Shown here one piece after another: positions 28,679 through 31,915 of a stretch of DNA of 31,915 nt (position 1 is its first letter; every line of letters starts with the position of its first letter). The stretch is from Candidatus Muiribacteriota bacterium (GTDB lineage: Bacteria; Muiribacteriota; Muiribacteriia; Muiribacteriales; Muiribacteriaceae). The position numbers and the translations under genes are program-made. Under the pieces are notes generated by a model, which was not told the DNA's origin, searched no databases, and saw only the letters and a list, made by a program, of their open reading frames with translations. The DNA lies in contig JBNJGP010000028.1 of the NCBI GenBank assembly GCA_051747805.1, positions 1-31,915 of the forward strand, in the 5' to 3' direction.

Positions 28679-29953
28679 TTAATCTCTGATTATATCGGCT
28701 CCAACATCTCTCAGCTTCTGCTCAAAACACTCATGCCCTCTATCAATATGATAAATTCTACTTACAACTGATTTACCCTGTGCCCCGAGGGCCGCAAGAA
28801 CCAGTCCGGCACCCGCTCGAATATCTGAGGCCATTATATTTGAGCCATAAAGTTTATTAACCCCATTTATAAAGGCAATATTTTTTTCAATATGAATATT
28901 TGCACCCATTCTAACAAGTTCAGATATATGCATGAACCGGTTTTCAAATATATTTTCCTCAACAATACTTGTGCCTTCAACCAGAGATAGAAACGAACAA
29001 AACTGCGACTGCATGTCTGTTGGAAATCCCGGATGAGGTCTTGTAGATAATTTAATCGGTTTATAATAGTTTTTACCGGTAACAGTTAAAGATTTATCTT
29101 TGATTTCAATTTGCGCATCAGCCTCAAGAAATTTATCAATAATATTTCTCATATGATTTATATTAACATTTTCAAGACAAAGCCTGGAACCTTCTCCGGT
29201 TATGAGAGCCGCCGTGATAAAAGTCCCTGCTTCCAGTCTATCTGGAATATTTTCAAATTCAATTTCATTTTTTAAATCATTAACCCCATTAACAATAATT
29301 TCACCATTTTTATTAAAAACAATATTGGCGCCCGCTTTATTTAAAAACTTTATAAGGGTTTCAATTTCGGGTTCTTTTGCAGCATTAATTAATCTAACCC
29401 GATTGTCACCGATAACAGTTGCCATTATAATATTCTGAGTGGCACCAACACTTGGAAAATCCATTAAAATTTCAATTTCAGAATTACTTTTTCTATTTTC
29501 TGAATACAAAAAATTTATATAACCACGATAATTCTTATATCTAACACCTAATTTTTCAAAAGATTTTAAATGAATATCAACAGGTCGAGTTCCAATTGCA
29601 CAACCACCCGGAAGGGAAACAGAAGCTCTTTTAAAAATAGACAGAAGAGGTCCGGCTATAATAAAAGAGGCCCTCATTTTTTTTACAAGTTCATAAGAAA
29701 CCTTATGCCTGTCAACTTTATCAGTTAAAATAAATGCTTTTTGGGAATTTTTATCATATTCTACCACAGCACCAATGTTTCTGAGCAGATCAAACATTGT
29801 TTTTACATCAACAAGATCTGGAATATTTTTTAGTACAGTCTGACCTTTTATTAGAAGAGTTGCAGCAATCAAAGGCAATGCTGAGTTTTTTGCACCGCTT
29901 ATTTTTATGTTGCCATTTAATTTATTACCACCATTTATTATATATCGCTGCAT
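28679..29953 (-). CDS. murA: UDP-N-acetylglucosamine 1-carboxyvinyltransferase
   Basis: SGAKNSALP, MRAS, LPGGCAIGTRPVD (active-site Cys present), SVGAT, PGFPTDMQ, FENRF, DIRAGA, HIDRG. Confidence 0.97.
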   Translation of the reverse strand: MQRYIINGGNKLNGNIKISGAKNSALPLIAATLLIKGQTVLKNIPDLVDVKTMFDLLRNIGAVVEYDKNSQKAFILTDKVDRHKVSYELVKKMRASFIIAGPLLSIFKRASVSLPGGCAIGTRPVDIHLKSFEKLGVRYKNYRGYINFLYSENRKSNSEIEILMDFPSVGATQNIIMATVIGDNRVRLINAAKEPEIETLIKFLNKAGANIVFNKNGEIIVNGVNDLKNEIEFENIPDRLEAGTFITAALITGEGSRLCLENVNINHMRNIIDKFLEADAQIEIKDKSLTVTGKNYYKPIKLSTRPHPGFPTDMQSQFCSFLSLVEGTSIVEENIFENRFMHISELVRMGANIHIEKNIAFINGVNKLYGSNIMASDIRAGAGLVLAALGAQGKSVVSRIYHIDRGHECFEQKLRDVGADIIRD

Positions 29954-29954
29954 A

Positions 29955-30287
29955 TTACTGAACAATTTCCTCAGCACTATCAGCTATTTTTAAAACCTTA
30001 TCAAGTCTTGTAATCTCCATAACTCTTTTAATTGAATCATTTAAATTACACAGTCCAATATATCCGCCTTTTTCAGCGGCAGGTTTATAATTTATAACAA
30101 GAATACCAAGACCCTGACTTGAAATAAACTCAACTTTTTCCAAGTCTAACACAATCTTAATTATATCATTATCAACCCATTCTTTAATTTGAGCTTCAAA
30201 TTCTTCAATTGTTTCTGAATTAATATTATCCATTAATTTAGCGTGAATAAAATTTTCTTCTTTTTTCAAAATATTAAATAACTCCAT
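29955..30287 (-). CDS. STAS-domain anti-sigma factor antagonist (SpoIIAA/RsbV-like)
   Basis: IVLDLEKVEFISSQGLGIL, LCNLN, VMEITRLDKVL. ATG at 30287 after GGAGG. Confidence 0.9.
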   Translation of the reverse strand: MELFNILKKEENFIHAKLMDNINSETIEEFEAQIKEWVDNDIIKIVLDLEKVEFISSQGLGILVINYKPAAEKGGYIGLCNLNDSIKRVMEITRLDKVLKIADSAEEIVQ

Positions 30288-30302
30288 AAAAAGTCCTCCA
30301 TT

Positions 30303-30330
30303 TTGACATATCACATAATTATACTATATT
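30303..30330 (+). promoter_or_regulatory. Candidate sigma-70 promoter for prfB
   Basis: TTGACA (30303-30308), 16 nt, TATATT (30325-30330). Confidence 0.5.
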
Positions 30331-30407
30331 ATAAATAAAAAAAAAACAAGAGAAAATATAATTAGGTAATACCGGGTTTGCCCCTTATATTTTACAGGAG
30401 GAAAATT

Positions 30408-31506
30408 ATGCTTGAAGAAATAATTTTAGCAGTCAGGGATTATAAAGAAGAAATATTAAAGTTAAGGAGCTATGTTTGACCTTCCTGAACTTAAAAATAC
30501 TATAAAATCTTTAGAAAAAGAAAGTACTTCTCCTGATTTCTGGAATAATCAGGAAGAAGCAAAAAAAACACTCAACAGCTTAAATAACAAAAAAGAAACT
30601 CTTGCAAAAATTGAAGAACTTGAGGGTCTTTACGAAGAAATTATTGCTTTAATCGAAATTTTAGAAGAAGAAAAAGATAAAGAACTACAAGAAGAACTAA
30701 TGCAAAACTGGAAAGAATTAAAGCAGAAATATAAAAAATTCGAAATTGAGCTTTTACTATCCGGAGAATATGACAATAACAACTGTTATATATCGCTTCA
30801 CCCTGGCGCAGGAGGAACAGAATCCCAGGACTGGTGTGCAATGCTTTCTCGAATGTACCAGAACTGGGCAGAAAAAAATAACTATAAAGTAGATATAATA
30901 GATTTTCAGCCGGGAGAAGTTGCCGGGATTAAAAGTATAACAATGCATATAAAAGGTTTTAAATGCTATGGTTATTTAAAATGCGAAAAGGGAGTTCATA
31001 GATTAGTACGTATTTCGCCTTTTGATTCAAGCGGAAGAAGACATACCTCTTTTGCCTCTGTTGATGTAACCCCTGAATTTGAAGATTTATCGCATATTGA
31101 AATAGATGAAAAAGAGCTGCGCATTGATACCTATCGCTCAACTGGAGCGGGCGGCCAACATGTAAACACAACTGATTCTGCAGTAAGGATTACCCATATT
31201 CCAACTAAAATAGTAGTTCAGTGTCAGAAAGAACGCTCACAGATAAAAAACCGGGAAACAGCCATGAAAATGCTTCAGGCCAAATTAATGCAGGATAAAA
31301 TTGAAAAACAGAAGCAGAAATTATCAGATATTCAGGGAGAACAGAAAGAAATAGGGTGGGGAAGTCAGATACGTTCCTATATTCTTCAACCTTATCAGAT
31401 GATAAAAGACCATAGAACAAACCTTGAAAAAGGAAATGTTCAGGATATTCTTGACGGTAATATTGACGAGTTTATACAGGAAGTTCTAATAAAAGAAAAC
31501 AGCTAA
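30408..31506 (+). CDS. prfB: Peptide chain release factor 2 (programmed +1 frameshift near 30476)
   Basis: AGGAGG-ATG at 30408 encodes MLEEIILAVRDYKEEILKLRSYV then TGA at 30477-30479. The +1 frame continues DLPEL... with GAGGTES, SPF (RISPFDS), GGQ and WGSQIRSY. Confidence 0.95.
30464..30480 (+). other. prfB programmed frameshift signal (internal SD plus GTT TGA C)
   Basis: AAGGAGC TAT GTT TGA C. Same layout as the canonical AGG GGG TAT CTT TGA C, but the shift codon is GTT. Confidence 0.85.
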
Positions 31507-31512
31507 AAAAGT

Positions 31513-31540
31513 TTGACATAGAAATATTTTATGCTAAAAT
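31513..31540 (+). promoter_or_regulatory. Sigma-70 promoter for the tRNA cluster
   Basis: TTGACA, 16 nt, TAAAAT with extended -10 TG (TGcTAAAAT), 15 nt before tRNA-Leu. Confidence 0.75.
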
Positions 31541-31555
31541 ACTAATACTCTGAAT

Positions 31556-31643
31556 GCCGGAGTGGTGGAACAGGTAGACGCACCGGACTTAAAATCCGGA
31601 GGGCCTCGCGCCCGTGCCGGTTCAATTCCGGCCTCCGGCACCA
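31556..31643 (+). tRNA. tRNA-Leu (anticodon TAA)
   Basis: GCCGGAG acceptor stem, CCGGA-CTTAAAA-TCCGG anticodon arm, long variable arm, TTCAA T-loop, CCA end. Confidence 0.95.
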
Positions 31644-31651
31644 GAGTAAAA

Positions 31652-31728
<77 letters not shown>

Positions 31729-31756
31729 TATATTTAAACTTTATTATTATAAAGGT

Positions 31757-31833
31757 GGCGGTGTAGCTCAGCTGGCTAGAGCGTACGGTTCATACCCGTG
31801 AGGTCCCGGGTTCGATTCCCAGCGCCGCTACCA
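31757..31833 (+). tRNA. tRNA-Met (anticodon CAT), probably elongator
   Basis: GGCGGTGTAGCTCAGCTGGCTAGAGCGTACGGTTCATACCCGTG...CCA; lacks initiator determinants and resembles Firmicutes elongator tRNA-Met. Ile2 is not fully excluded. Confidence 0.88.
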
Positions 31834-31915
31834 TTTCTTTTACAAATTCTCTGGTATAAACCTGATGATGTGGTATTTTTAAGTCTGGATTTTCTATATT
31901 ATAATCTTCAAAAAA

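Noticed and set aside
1383..29438. Short plus-strand ORFs (60-102 aa) opposite the minus-strand genes
   Set aside because: They are shadow frames of well-supported genes with no recognisable motifs.
30308..30336. Possible dif site (CATAA-TTATAC-TATATTATAAAT)
   Set aside because: The right arm does not match TTATGTTAAAT/TTATGTAAACT, and the stretch is better explained by divergent promoter elements.
30337..30346. A10 tract as a phase-variation switch
   Set aside because: A/T runs of 8-9 nt are frequent throughout this AT-rich window, and nothing here shows length variation.
30641..31420. Four short minus-strand ORFs
   Set aside because: They are antisense to prfB with no recognisable motifs.
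30472..31506. ORF-track start MFDLPEL as the true prfB start
   Set aside because: The ATG lies only 2 nt after the SD, while the upstream ATG at 30408 has a well-spaced AGGAGG and the classic frameshift layout.

Overview
AT-rich bacterial chromosomal window with no mobile element, prophage or CRISPR array. From about 30290 down to position 1, all 31 credible CDSs and one tRNA lie on the minus strand, often with overlapping stop/start codons. In transcription order: STAS anti-anti-sigma, murA, ppx/gppA, xerD, an uncharacterised ~800-aa outer-membrane beta-barrel-like protein, a beta-propeller/TPR protein, secD, secF, cdd, an FG-GAP-like secreted protein, dnaN, a small TPR protein, an LptF/G permease, argS, tmk, yaaR, rapZ, panB, panC, nadA, spoVG, tRNA-Gln, glmU, prs, a TPR lipoprotein, pth, then a motility-regulatory tail (cheC-like, cheD, two membrane hypotheticals, sigma-28 fliA/whiG, and a Jag_N-FapA/DUF342 protein cut by the window edge). 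On the plus strand are prfB, with a programmed +1 frameshift, and a tRNA-Leu/tRNA-fMet/tRNA-Met cluster. Diderm markers (LptF/G, barrel protein) together with Firmicutes-like genes (spoVG, tmk-yaaR, cheC/cheD) suggest a deep-branching diderm lineage (inference only). Most notable observations: (1) a non-canonical GUU-UGA-C prfB frameshift site; (2) a SprA-like barrel whose last strand is dual-coded with the signal peptide of a TPR partner, next to secDF; (3) a candidate sigma-28 promoter and structured leader upstream of ppx-xerD; (4) a detached cheC-cheD-fliA-fapA module; (5) dnaN without dnaA. All family assignments are from recognised motifs, not database searches.
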